Shown here one piece after another: positions 9,042-17,730 of a stretch of DNA of 64,000 nucleotides. The notes beneath the pieces are model-generated. The model worked only from the letters and a program-made list of their open reading frames with translations. It was not told where the DNA came from and did no database searches. The stretch is taken from NCBI GenBank assembly GCA_963783305.1, contig CAWAMW010000015.1, positions 288,001 to 352,000 of the forward strand, read 5' to 3'. Every line of letters starts with the position of its first letter. Position 1 is the first letter of the stretch. This stretch comes from an uncultured Gemmatimonadales bacterium (GTDB taxonomy: Bacteria > Gemmatimonadota > Gemmatimonadetes > Longimicrobiales > RSA9). A program made the translations under genes and the position numbers.

Positions 9042-9365
9042 ATGAAAACTGCTTGGGTTCTGATCGTGGGTGGCCTGCTCCTCATCGTAGGGGCTTACGC
9101 TGCCTGGAAGAACCAGATGGACTGGGGCCTTCGTGAGTGCTGTAATACAGGATCGATCGGGCCTGATCTACTCATGTTCGGAATGCCATTCCTAATCGGA
9201 GCGCTCTTGTTCTGGTCGGGTTGGGGTTGGCGGCAGTGCGTGCGTGGCGGCGAGATTCGAGGATACTGTAAGGCAGACGCCGGAACTGCGCTTAACAAAC
9301 GGTTGGCGCCTGCGCGGCCTGCGGCCGCTCCGGAGAACCCGCCGCGGCCGTCTGGGAGCTGGTGA
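9042..9365 (+). CDS. Cassette 8 small membrane protein (stop falls inside repeat 8)
   Basis: MKTAWVLIVGG..., two hydrophobic segments. Confidence 0.6.
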   Translation: MKTAWVLIVGGLLLIVGAYAAWKNQMDWGLRECCNTGSIGPDLLMFGMPFLIGALLFWSGWGWRQCVRGGEIRGYCKADAGTALNKRLAPARPAAAPENPPRPSGSW

Positions 9366-9444
9366 AGGTTCGTGAGGTTTCGAAGGCGGTCGCGCGCTGG
9401 AGGTATCGGCGCGGCGGGTCGCCAACCTGGAAACGTTAAGCGCC
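9287..9444 (+). repeat. attC-like repeat 8
   Basis: TGCGCTTAAC...GGAAACGTTAAGCGCC. Confidence 0.92.
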
Positions 9445-9491
9445 ATGCTCGACTGTCTGCCCGGGGTGCGATGGTCTCGGAGTGGAGGGCG

Positions 9492-9806
9492 ATGAGGAAG
9501 GTTTATTGGACTGCGTACGCCCGGGGCGATCACTACCTAGCTACTCAACAGGTGCTCGATCGGATCAGCGCGTGGGGTATTCTAGCCCAGGTGAATCGGT
9601 ATTCAGACCTGATGGTCAGTGCGGTGGTCGAGGTCGCGGAGGAACGTCTCGGACCCCTGCTTGCCGCGCTTGAAGAAATTGTTGCAGTCGAGCAGGTGGA
9701 AGATCAGGTAGTGGGCCCAGACCACCCCTGCATGGTCTACTTGAACGTGCGCATGCAGGACGGCAAAGGCGATCTGAGTATCGAGACACCGGCTGTGCCC
9801 GGCTAG
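9492..9806 (+). CDS. Cassette 9 hypothetical protein
   Basis: GGAGGG RBS then ATG; ends GKGDLSIETPAVPG. Confidence 0.72.
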   Translation: MRKVYWTAYARGDHYLATQQVLDRISAWGILAQVNRYSDLMVSAVVEVAEERLGPLLAALEEIVAVEQVEDQVVGPDHPCMVYLNVRMQDGKGDLSIETPAVPG

Positions 9807-9832
9807 GGAGCGTGAGCCCGAGGTGGTCGCAC

Positions 9833-9989
9833 GGCGCTTAACAAACGGTTGGCGCCTGCGCGGCCTGCGGCCGCTCCGGAGAACCCGCCGCGGCCGTCTG
9901 GAAGCTGGTGAGGGTCGTGAAGTTTCGAAGGCGGTCGCGCGCTGGAGGTTTCGGCGCGGCGGGTCGCCAACCTGGAAACGTTAACCGCC
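9833..9989 (+). repeat. attC-like repeat 9
   Basis: GGCGCTTAAC...GGAAACGTTAACCGCC. Confidence 0.92.
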
Positions 9990-10050
9990 ATGTTCCGCTC
10001 GAGGCTTCTGTAGCAGATTAGGGTAGAGAATTCTACGTAGGGGGTCGCCC

Positions 10051-10275
10051 ATGTCTAATGTGCCAATCGAAGAGCTTCTGAAGCTGTCTGTTGCGGAGCG
10101 GATTCAGTTGGTGGAGGACCTGTGGGACAGCATCGCTGCGGACGCCGACGATTTCCCGCTGACTGACGCGCAAAAGGCGGAGTTGGACCGCCGGCTGGAA
10201 GAGCACGAGGCGGACCCAGGCTCCGCAATACCCTGGGCAGAGGTTCGGGAGCGGCTTTACAAGAAGTACGGGTGA
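10051..10275 (+). CDS. Cassette 10 addiction-module antitoxin (TIGR02574-type)
   Basis: LSVAERIQLVEDLWDSI...ELDRRL...IPWAEV. Confidence 0.9.
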   Translation: MSNVPIEELLKLSVAERIQLVEDLWDSIAADADDFPLTDAQKAELDRRLEEHEADPGSAIPWAEVRERLYKKYG

Positions 10276-10568
10276 ATCGCCGGTTTGAAGTCCGACCGCA
10301 GGCGGACGCGGAGCTCGATGAGGCGGCCGCCTGGTACGCAGCTCGATCGCGGGGACTCGGAGCAGAATTCGTTCGGGTGATTGATGCAGCGTTCGCGTCG
10401 ATCGAGAGGAATCCGCGGCAGTTTCCGGTCGTGTACAAGGACTTCCGGAGGGCCGTCGTCCGGCGCTTTCCATATGCAATCCTATTTACCGTATCGGAAC
10501 CCGAGATCGTCATTTGGTCGGTCTTCCACTCCCGGCGTGATCCGAAGCGGTGGCAGAGCCGCGGTTGA
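10272..10568 (+). CDS. Cassette 10 RelE/ParE-family toxin
   Basis: AELDEAAAWY...GLGAEF...RRFPYAI...VFHSRRDP; GTGA overlap with the antitoxin. Confidence 0.9.
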   Translation: MNRRFEVRPQADAELDEAAAWYAARSRGLGAEFVRVIDAAFASIERNPRQFPVVYKDFRRAVVRRFPYAILFTVSEPEIVIWSVFHSRRDPKRWQSRG

Positions 10569-10593
10569 TAGCCTCTGGAGGCTGGCAGAACAC

Positions 10594-10750
10594 GGCGGTT
10601 AACAATCGGTTGGCGCCTGCGCGGCCTGCGGCCGCTCCGGAGAACCCGCCGCGGCCGTGTTGAAGCTGGTAAGGGGAGAGGTGTTTCGAAGGCGGTCGCC
10701 CGCTGGAGGTTTCGGCGCGGCGGGTCGCCAACCTGGAAACGTTATGCGCC
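10594..10750 (+). repeat. attC-like repeat 10
   Basis: GGCGGTTAAC...GGAAACGTTATGCGCC. Confidence 0.92.
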
Positions 10751-10812
10751 ATTGCACCGCTGGGCGTACGGCTGGTGAGGATCGTCAGGAGAGACCAAGC
10801 TCAAGGGACGTG

Positions 10813-11970
10813 ATGCCGCGAGAAAAGCAGTGCAACGTGGTTTTGGACGCGAACATCCTCGTGGCCGATGTTTGGATGGCGGGCCGGAGCTTCTCCTATC
10901 TGAGGCGTCATCGATTTCTTGAGCATCGACCGGTAGTGCCTCACGTCGCGTACTTGGAGACGCGAAACCAGCTGAAGTTGAGAGCAGAAGCGCTGATCGC
11001 TCACCGAACGGCCGAGGAAGGTGGTTCCCACGGCAACACCGTTCGGCTACGGCGGCTCTTCAATTGTGAGGATTGTCCGACTCCGGAGCATTGGGATGTC
11101 GATCGAGCTGCGTACAGAAATGGGACGATTTTGCTTCTGGGGGTCGCTGGACGAGTTCGGCGGGATGGTCCTCGACGCGCCCGACGTCGAGATCAGCGAA
11201 ATTACTAACCGTTCTATCGCCCGGAAGCGCCGCATTTTCGCGCGGTGATAAAGGTGTTTCAGGGATACCTCTCATCTGGCTCGGGACGCTCGAATTGGCT
11301 ACACCCGGATTGGTCGTGTCTCATTCGTCACTGCCAGATACCAATGACTTCTGTTGACAAGGGCGGGGTGGAACCGCATCCAGAAATAGTCAGCCGAAGT
11401 GGCGGAGCGGACTGGCGGCGAATTGGAAAATGTTGTTTCACAAGTCCTTGGACGACTTCATTGCCCACTTCGAGTTCTGATCGGTGCCGCGAGTTCGGAG
11501 GCCCTCCAGAGAGCGCTGATCTCGAAAGCACGTTCTCTGGCTTCGACGTTTGGGATTGGCTCGAATCCGAGTTCCCTCGCATTTTCGGCGGCGGAGATGA
11601 ACTTGACATGGTCCAATGGGCCGGCTTTCCGACCCCCGCCTGAAGCGCCGGTTCTCCACAGCGTAGAGCAACTCATTAGCCTGGACATCGCGCCGGGTCA
11701 AGTATCTTCATGAAGACGTGTACCGGTGTGTACTGTGATTTTTCCTTCGTTGGCAATTTCGAGGCTTCGATCGGCTGACTATGACGCGGACTCTGTAGTT
11801 CATCCGAATCAACGCACATGGAAGCGACGAAAGCGATCCTTTCTGGACTGAGGTCGGCCTTCAGGGAGTCGGCACCTGTCGCTAATAGCAATAGATCTCG
11901 ATGTGCGAACGCAAGCTGTTGAGGCCTTACTTCTACCGCAGCCGCTGGAGCACTGGAAGACCTATGAGGG
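10813..11970 (+). pseudogene. Cassette 11 PIN-like domain protein, multiply frameshifted; 3' end approximate
   Basis: VVLDANILVAD...VVPHVAYLE N-terminus; RSIARKR, GDKG and LIWLGTLE segments in successive frames. Confidence 0.55.
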
Positions 11971-12058
11971 AGCGATTCAACGCCTGGAGCAGGTGAGGAA
12001 CGAAGTGGAGGACGCGAGGACAGCATTTTCAGAGGGTTTGAATCAGGATGGGAGCAAC

Positions 12059-12217
12059 GGCGCCTAACAAACGGTTGGCGCCTGCGCGGCCTGCGGCCGC
12101 TCCGGAGAACCCGCCGCGGCCGTCTGGAAGCTGGTGAGGGTTCGTGAGGTTTCGAAGGCGGTCGCGCGCTGGAGGTTATCGGCGCGGCGGGTCGCCAACC
12201 TGGAAACGTTATCTGAA
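12059..12217 (+). repeat. attC-like repeat 11
   Basis: GGCGCCTAAC...GGAAACGTTATCTGAA. Confidence 0.92.
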
Positions 12218-12234
12218 ACCCCTTAGGAAAGCGG

Positions 12235-12657
12235 ATGGCTGAGACTGACGGTGGGGAAATCTGGTTCCTGAATCGTGGCCTCGTCGTGCTGCGGCCGAAG
12301 CAGCCGTTCGTCGACTGGGTGCGGGAAGCGGATCCGGGACCGGGACCGCCAGTGAGTGAGGAGGTCGCGGGGAAGGCGGTGGAGGCGTTCCTGATCCCGC
12401 AGTTCGATATGACCCCGGATTCGGAAGCGTGGATCCGGGACAATTTCGATCTGATGTTCGAGATCGCTCTGGACAGCTGGTATACGGAGCCGGCGTTATG
12501 GCCGAAGAACCGGGACTGGAAGGAGTTCAACCGCTGGTTCAATGTGGAACTCATTGACGTGGCCTGGGATCTCGTGAATCAGCCACTTTCGAGCGAGCCG
12601 CCGCAGGGTCCAGCAGATCGGGCGGGTGGGAACGGGGCTTCAGATAACAACCGGTGA
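12235..12657 (+). CDS. Cassette 12 conserved hypothetical protein
   Basis: NRGLVVLRPKQPFVDW...FEIALDSW...LWPKNRDWKEFNRWF; AGGA RBS. Confidence 0.8.
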   Translation: MAETDGGEIWFLNRGLVVLRPKQPFVDWVREADPGPGPPVSEEVAGKAVEAFLIPQFDMTPDSEAWIRDNFDLMFEIALDSWYTEPALWPKNRDWKEFNRWFNVELIDVAWDLVNQPLSSEPPQGPADRAGGNGASDNNR

Positions 12658-12797
12658 GCGCCTGCGCTCCCTTCGGTCGCTTCGGAGTACCCCGCTCAAG
12701 AACATGGTGCCGATCGGGGCTGCGGGTAGTTTCGGAAGGGAGCGGCGCCTGGTGAGGTGGCGGAAGCGGGGTCGCCAACCTGGAAACGTTAAGCGCA
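12639..12797 (+). repeat. attC-like repeat 12 (divergent body)
   Basis: TTCAGATAAC...CGCCAACCTGGAAACGTTAAGCGCA. Confidence 0.88.
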
Positions 12798-12849
12798 ATC
12801 ACTTCCGGATAGCGGGTGCCGAGAGCCGGAGTAAACTGGGGAGTCAGAT

Positions 12850-13203
12850 ATGGACTGGCGTTTGATGATGATGGCCGGAATGGCGCTGCTGATCATGATC
12901 TGGTTCGGCATGGATGCATATCTACGAATCAGGGCCCTTTCGCGTGGGGTAGCGCTGGAGGATCAGGGGGCGGCGAGTGTCTCCCATGTGTATGTGGTCG
13001 CGGCGTGTCGGATCACTGTAGTACTCGGAGTTCCGGCCTTCGTGATCGCGTACGGCGCCGGGGCGGACATCATGTGGGCTGTGGCGGGTCCTCCGGTCGT
13101 CCTCCTCACTTGCGGCTTCGTTGAGTGGGGGACAACGCGTTGGGTCTTCGATCATGATCGACAACAAGCTGGCAGTGTGGACCATAAGCGTCTTGGTGGG
13201 TGA
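12850..13203 (+). CDS. Cassette 13 membrane protein
   Basis: Three hydrophobic segments, GGGGAG RBS, stop just before the repeat. Confidence 0.72.
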   Translation: MDWRLMMMAGMALLIMIWFGMDAYLRIRALSRGVALEDQGAASVSHVYVVAACRITVVLGVPAFVIAYGAGADIMWAVAGPPVVLLTCGFVEWGTTRWVFDHDRQQAGSVDHKRLGG

Positions 13204-13204
13204 C

Positions 13205-13362
13205 TGCGCTTAACAACTGGCTGGCGCCTACGCGGCCTACGGCCGCTCCGGAGTAACCGCCGGCATCCGGCGAGGTGGTGGTGAGGGGCGGGAAGTTTCG
13301 AAAGTTCGCGAGTTGGTGAGGTCGTGGAGCGGCGGTTCGCCAGCCTTTGAACGTTATGAGCC
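13205..13362 (+). repeat. attC-like repeat 13 (divergent body)
   Basis: TGCGCTTAAC AACT GGCTGGCG...CGCCAGCC TTTGAAC GTTATGAGCC. Confidence 0.88.
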
Positions 13363-13390
13363 ATGCCCGACGGCAGGGGAGTGAGAGCAA

Positions 13391-13645
13391 ATGATGAGGC
13401 TTCGCCCTGACTTGCTGGTGGTCTTTGCCGTGGTAGCGGCAACAATCACGATGTTCGCGCTATTGCGGTTTTCGGACTGGGAGCGGACCACGGTGGTCGG
13501 GGTTTCGTCGTTAGTCATTGTGATCCCCCTGCTCATCAACAGCCAGCTTGTGCTAGGACGGAAACGCGCCCGTTCTGAGGAGCTCATGAGGGAGATCGTC
13601 AGCGAGGGACGCGAGGTCGAGCTAGAACGAAAGGATGGGCCGTGA
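13391..13645 (+). CDS. Cassette 14 small membrane protein
   Basis: Two hydrophobic segments; ORF fills the cassette. Confidence 0.7.
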   Translation: MMRLRPDLLVVFAVVAATITMFALLRFSDWERTTVVGVSSLVIVIPLLINSQLVLGRKRARSEELMREIVSEGREVELERKDGP

Positions 13646-13656
13646 AAGGCGGGCAC

Positions 13657-13666
13657 AGCTCATAAC
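13657..13666 (+). repeat. Terminal half-site; no repeat body after TAAC
   Basis: GCTCATAAC (13658-13666) is the reverse complement of GTTATGAGC (13353-13361). Confidence 0.75.
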
Positions 13667-14030
13667 GCAGCATGCGAGACAGGGGGCGGTGCCACCCAGC
13701 GAAGCGGCTCTGTTGATCGACCGCGTTCTCATGCACGACAACCTGCCCCAGCGGTATGGGACACAGTTCAAAATGGCGTAGGGACGCTGGGTGCTTCATC
13801 CGGTAGAGGATGAGGACGGACTGGAGGAACGGCGGAGATCAATGGGCCTTCCATCCATGGACGAGTACATGCGCATGATGGAGGAAGCGTACGGTGCGCC
13901 CGTTGTAAGGCAGCATAGCGACGGGAAATAGAGAGGGAAACGGTTGAGCCCCTGACCGTGGGCGGCATATTTTGGCGGACGACACGTGATGCAGCAGGTC
14001 CACGGGCCTCGGACCGCAAGGAGATATCGA

Positions 14031-14540
14031 ATGGGCATCGAACGTTACCGCCTCGGGTCCTTCATACGCGCGGGCGCCGTCGGCTTGCTTGTCGTGGGAC
14101 TGGTTGGATGCGGGAAAGGCCAGGGAGACCCGACACAGCCGGAGGTCCATGCGCCCGCTGAGGAGCTCGAGGGGACATGGAGCTGGGTACGGTCCGTCGA
14201 TGTGAACACCCTGGATCTCCACACTCCAGGCGCCGACGATTTCCAGGCAGAGCTTGTCTTCGTCGCCGACTCCGAGCGGGAGGGGAGTTACGTGTACCGG
14301 CGTACGGGAGCCCCGGAGGTAAACGGTCGCTTCGGTATCGGCTCGGAGGATTCCCCCGGGAATGACTTCATCGCCATCGACCACCCCATCGATTTCCTGG
14401 AGAGCCACGCGTGGGTTGTGGCAGGAACGGACAGTCTGTGGCTGGGTGGCGTGTTCGAGAATGGCTACAACTCCCTGTACGCGCGGGTTTCTGCTTCGCC
14501 ATCCCCAGATTCCTCGTTGCCGGCTCAGAAGGGATTGTAA
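14031..14540 (+). CDS. Hypothetical lipoprotein
   Basis: AAGGAG RBS; lipobox LVGC; LEGTWSWVRS. Confidence 0.7.
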   Translation: MGIERYRLGSFIRAGAVGLLVVGLVGCGKGQGDPTQPEVHAPAEELEGTWSWVRSVDVNTLDLHTPGADDFQAELVFVADSEREGSYVYRRTGAPEVNGRFGIGSEDSPGNDFIAIDHPIDFLESHAWVVAGTDSLWLGGVFENGYNSLYARVSASPSPDSSLPAQKGL

Positions 14541-14602
14541 GAGCGAGAAGTATTGGCGCAACGCTGGAACGTCAAGCGCAATTAACGTGAGGAGGCGCGG
14601 TC

Positions 14603-15190
14603 ATGGATAGGAGTCGCTGGATTGGAATCGCTGCGCTGGTGGCCGCCGTCAGTTGTGGCCCGACCTCCGAGGAAGAGCCGATCCGGGCAGAACTACCTGA
14701 GAGCGAGTCCACCGCTGAAGCTCGTGTTGCACCTGTTCAGACGGCGACCGACGCCGGCTGGGAGGTCGACTTCAGCAGCTATGGGCCCGTCCCGCTGGGC
14801 ATCGCATTCATGGAGGCGAATCAGGCGGCCGGAGGCGTGCTCGAGTCTCCAGGGTCAATGGAGGGTTGCGAGACCGTCCATGTGTCGGAGGGGCGGGAGA
14901 GGGTTGGGCTGATGGTCGTTGACGGGCGGATCACCCGTGTCGATGTCTACAACCCTGAGATCACCACGGCACAGGGCGCCAGGATCGGAGACAGCGAGGA
15001 GCAGATCAGAGCCCTATACCCCGAGAGCCTCGAGGTCCGACCTCACAAGTACACGGATGGAAGCTATCTGATCGTCACGCCTCCGGGCGCAGATCGGTTT
15101 CGGCTGGTCTTTGAAACGGCACGAGGGACGGTCCAGACGTTCAGAGCGGGTGTGCTGCCCGAAGTGGAATGGGTAGAAGGGTGCGCCTAG
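14603..15190 (+). CDS. Hypothetical lipoprotein
   Basis: GGAGG RBS; AVSC lipobox; ends HKY...VFET...VEWVEGCA. Confidence 0.8.
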   Translation: MDRSRWIGIAALVAAVSCGPTSEEEPIRAELPESESTAEARVAPVQTATDAGWEVDFSSYGPVPLGIAFMEANQAAGGVLESPGSMEGCETVHVSEGRERVGLMVVDGRITRVDVYNPEITTAQGARIGDSEEQIRALYPESLEVRPHKYTDGSYLIVTPPGADRFRLVFETARGTVQTFRAGVLPEVEWVEGCA

Positions 15191-15529
15191 ACGGCTGTTC
15201 CGGTGGTGAGGTCGCTGTAGGTCCGAAGGTGCTGGAGCCCCGAACCAGCGTTCGGCGGCGCACGGACCTCACTGGTAGTTACGGAAAGGCTTCGCTGATG
15301 GAGACGCGAGACCCGGTGGTTGAGTATCTGGACACGTCGGTTCTATGGTATGGCGAAGGCGATGGACGTGACTCGGATCATCGTGGATGGAGCCCGAGCG
15401 TGTGCCCAGACGCGCTATGAGCTCGAGCCGCCCGGTGGCCGCAGTTTCGAAAGCCACGTCGCCGAAGTGTTGGAGGTGAGCGGCGGCAGGATCACTGCGC
15501 CTGGCATCTACTTCGACAGCGCACCCCTT

Positions 15530-15569
15530 CGCTCCCTTCGGTTGTTGTGGAGTACCCGGCCGGCAGGCG
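15530..15569 (+). repeat. Degenerate remnant of a repeat-4-type body
   Basis: 35/40 identity to 7127-7166 by manual alignment. Confidence 0.75.
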
Positions 15570-15692
15570 GATCGGTGGCTGGGAGTGTGCGCATGCCCGG
15601 AAATCGGACCGTTCGAAAGGTGGCCGCTCGAGATGATCGATCCTACATTCTCACCATCGATAGGCCGATTTGAACCAGCGAGCGGAAGGCAC

Positions 15693-16247
15693 ATGAGCGC
15701 TTCACCCGCGGACCGGCTGAACACGATCCCATTCGCCATAATGGCGGGTGGGTGGCTCGGGCCCCTCCTCATGTTCTGGCTCTACGTCTGGGGGCCGCTT
15801 CGGCCATATTCGTATCCTCCCGGCCGCCTTCTTCCGGGCCCTTCTTTTGCGCTTCTCGTGGTCGGTTGCGCTGCCGTGGGGTGGGCGCTGCCGCGCCGGT
15901 ACTTCCGGATTCACCGGTTCGAACGCACCGGCCGGCTGTACGAAAGGCTCGGCGTCCGCGCGTTCCGCCACGTGGTCCCCGATGGCGACCTCATCAACCG
16001 ATGGGTGCGGCGTTCCATTCCCGGCTACCGGGTGGTCCGGGGCAGGCGTGCGGTCGCGGCTTTCGTGGCCAGGACCGAGCGAAGCGAGCGCGGCCATGCG
16101 GTTCTGCTGATGCTGGGTGTGGTGTCGGCGGCGTACGCGTGGACCCTGGACTGGCGTGTATGGGCGCTGTACCTCACCGCCGGCAACCTCCTGGTCAATC
16201 TCTACCCGATCCTGCTGCAGCGGTACACGCGGAGCCGCCTGCATTGA
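15693..16247 (+). CDS. CrtO-like (glycosyl-diaponeurosporenoate acyltransferase family) membrane protein
   Basis: LYERLGVRAF, ERGH and NLLVNLYPILLQRYTRSRL. Confidence 0.7.
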   Translation: MSASPADRLNTIPFAIMAGGWLGPLLMFWLYVWGPLRPYSYPPGRLLPGPSFALLVVGCAAVGWALPRRYFRIHRFERTGRLYERLGVRAFRHVVPDGDLINRWVRRSIPGYRVVRGRRAVAAFVARTERSERGHAVLLMLGVVSAAYAWTLDWRVWALYLTAGNLLVNLYPILLQRYTRSRLH

Positions 16248-16287
16248 GACATGGCCGTGACAAACCTCGGACGAAACGAGAAACCGG

Positions 16288-16803
16288 ATGATTAGAACAG
16301 GACTGCTTGGTATTCTGCTGGTCCTGTCGGTCGGAGCATGTGCGCACGGCTCCAGCGAGGGGGCGGAGCCAGCGGGCCTGCCGATGTGCGCAGAAGACGT
16401 GGTGGGCGTCCGACCTGAGATGCTTCAAGATCGCAGCGCCTCCGAGATCAAGGAAACGATAGCGTCCCTGGGCTGGATCGCGATCGAGAGCGGCTCCGAG
16501 GTGGTTGCTGTTGATCGCCCCCCCCGATTGGCCAACACGGGGAAAGTGCAACGTGCGCTCGTCAGCCACTTTCCGACTGATCTTCGGGATCGACGGATTG
16601 GCGGGAGCGTCACGTTCTTCGTCTGGCTCGACCCTGAGGGAAACCTGGTCCGCAAGGCGATCGCCAAGGGGTCCCGGTATCCGGCGTTCGACCGGGCGGC
16701 TGCGAATGTCGTCTCCGTCATGGAGTTCAGCCCGGCCGCCACCGAGACGTGTCGCGTGGCCTTCTGGAATGAGCTGGTCGTGAATTTCGAAGCGCACCGG
16801 TGA
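16288..16803 (+). CDS. Lipoprotein with a TonB C-terminal-like domain
   Basis: VGAC lipobox; FP..LR...IGGSV...SRYPAFDRAA...MEFSPA. Confidence 0.72.
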   Translation: MIRTGLLGILLVLSVGACAHGSSEGAEPAGLPMCAEDVVGVRPEMLQDRSASEIKETIASLGWIAIESGSEVVAVDRPPRLANTGKVQRALVSHFPTDLRDRRIGGSVTFFVWLDPEGNLVRKAIAKGSRYPAFDRAAANVVSVMEFSPAATETCRVAFWNELVVNFEAHR

Positions 16804-16835
16804 TGCTGGGGAGGTTCCGTAGGGGGAGTGAGGCC

Positions 16836-17658
16836 ATGGGCTGGAGGTTGAGGCCGTGCGTTGTCGCGGCCGGTGCGATCGTGTTGGGCGTGAGTGCGCC
16901 CGCGGCTGCGCAACCGAATCGCCGGCGAGCGTCATGGAGTTGAATCGTGGTGGGGACTGGGCCCAGGCCGCTTCCCTCGCGGAAGCATTGCTGGCCGAGG
17001 ATCACCCTGCTGGCGCCCAGGCCCGCTGTGAGTTGATGTATCACCTCGCCTACGCACGGGCGCGGCTGGGAGAGGTTGCGGCTGCCCGCTCGGCCATCGG
17101 GGCTTTTGACCAGGAATGCGGCGGAAACGGAGCCAATCACTGGGTCAACCGGGAAGTCGGGCCCCTGCGGGAGGAACTGGGTGAGAGCCCTGCGGTGAGC
17201 ACGTCCGACGGCTTCTGGACGACGGCAGATCCGAGCTCGCTGGGCCTGGATGCGACCATCGTCAGAAAGCATGCAGCACTTTGTGAGCGCACCGGCGCCG
17301 ATGCATGCCTTCTGGTCTATCGTGGCAGGATCGTGCAGGAGTGGTATTCGCGCCGTTACCGCGAGCCGATCTACGCGATGTCCACGACCTCTGGGGTGGC
17401 GAGCGGGTCCTGAGCAGGGAGTGGATCGAACGGTCGACCCGACCCTCGCAGCGGTACAACCGCGACTATGGGCTGCTCTGGTGGCTTCATGATGCGCCGA
17501 AGGGCTACGCAGGGCATGGCCATCTCGACACCAGCCTCCACATCTTCCCCGATCTCCAGCTGATCGCGGTCCGGATGCAGGCTCGACCCCTGGAGAATGA
17601 CCCTGAGGGAACGTATGAAGCTGAAGCCCTCGAGCTCTTCCGCGGGCTCGTGCCCTGA
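16836..17658 (+). pseudogene. Beta-lactamase-fold serine hydrolase, frameshifted and internally deleted
   Basis: LVYRGRIVQEWY...YAMSTT jumps to WGGERVLSREWIERST...YGLLWW in another frame. Confidence 0.6.
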
Positions 17659-17730
17659 GCGGCCGCTGGACCGCATCGTGCGGGCGATCGCGGCCCCACG
17701 ACGTGGATTCACCCCTGCGAGAGGCCCCCG

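Larger units (their letters stand above)
4638..13666 (+). mobile_element. Integron-like array of 14 gene cassettes
   Basis: 13 full repeats plus a terminal half-site; short unrelated + strand ORFs between them; complementary cassette ends; visibly lower GC than the flanks. Confidence 0.93.

Noticed and set aside
6077..10812. ORFs starting inside repeats (6077, 7176, 8994, 9372, 10657) and reverse ORFs containing NVSRLATRR
   Set aside because: They are translations of the repeat itself.
5323..13362. CRISPR array interpretation of the repeats
   Set aside because: The units are about 157 bp, the intervening segments are whole genes of 0.2-1.3 kb, and there are no cas genes.
16836..16860. GCTGGAGGTTGAGGCCG as another repeat remnant
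   Set aside because: Too short, and it reads as the start of a signal peptide (MGWRLRPCVV).
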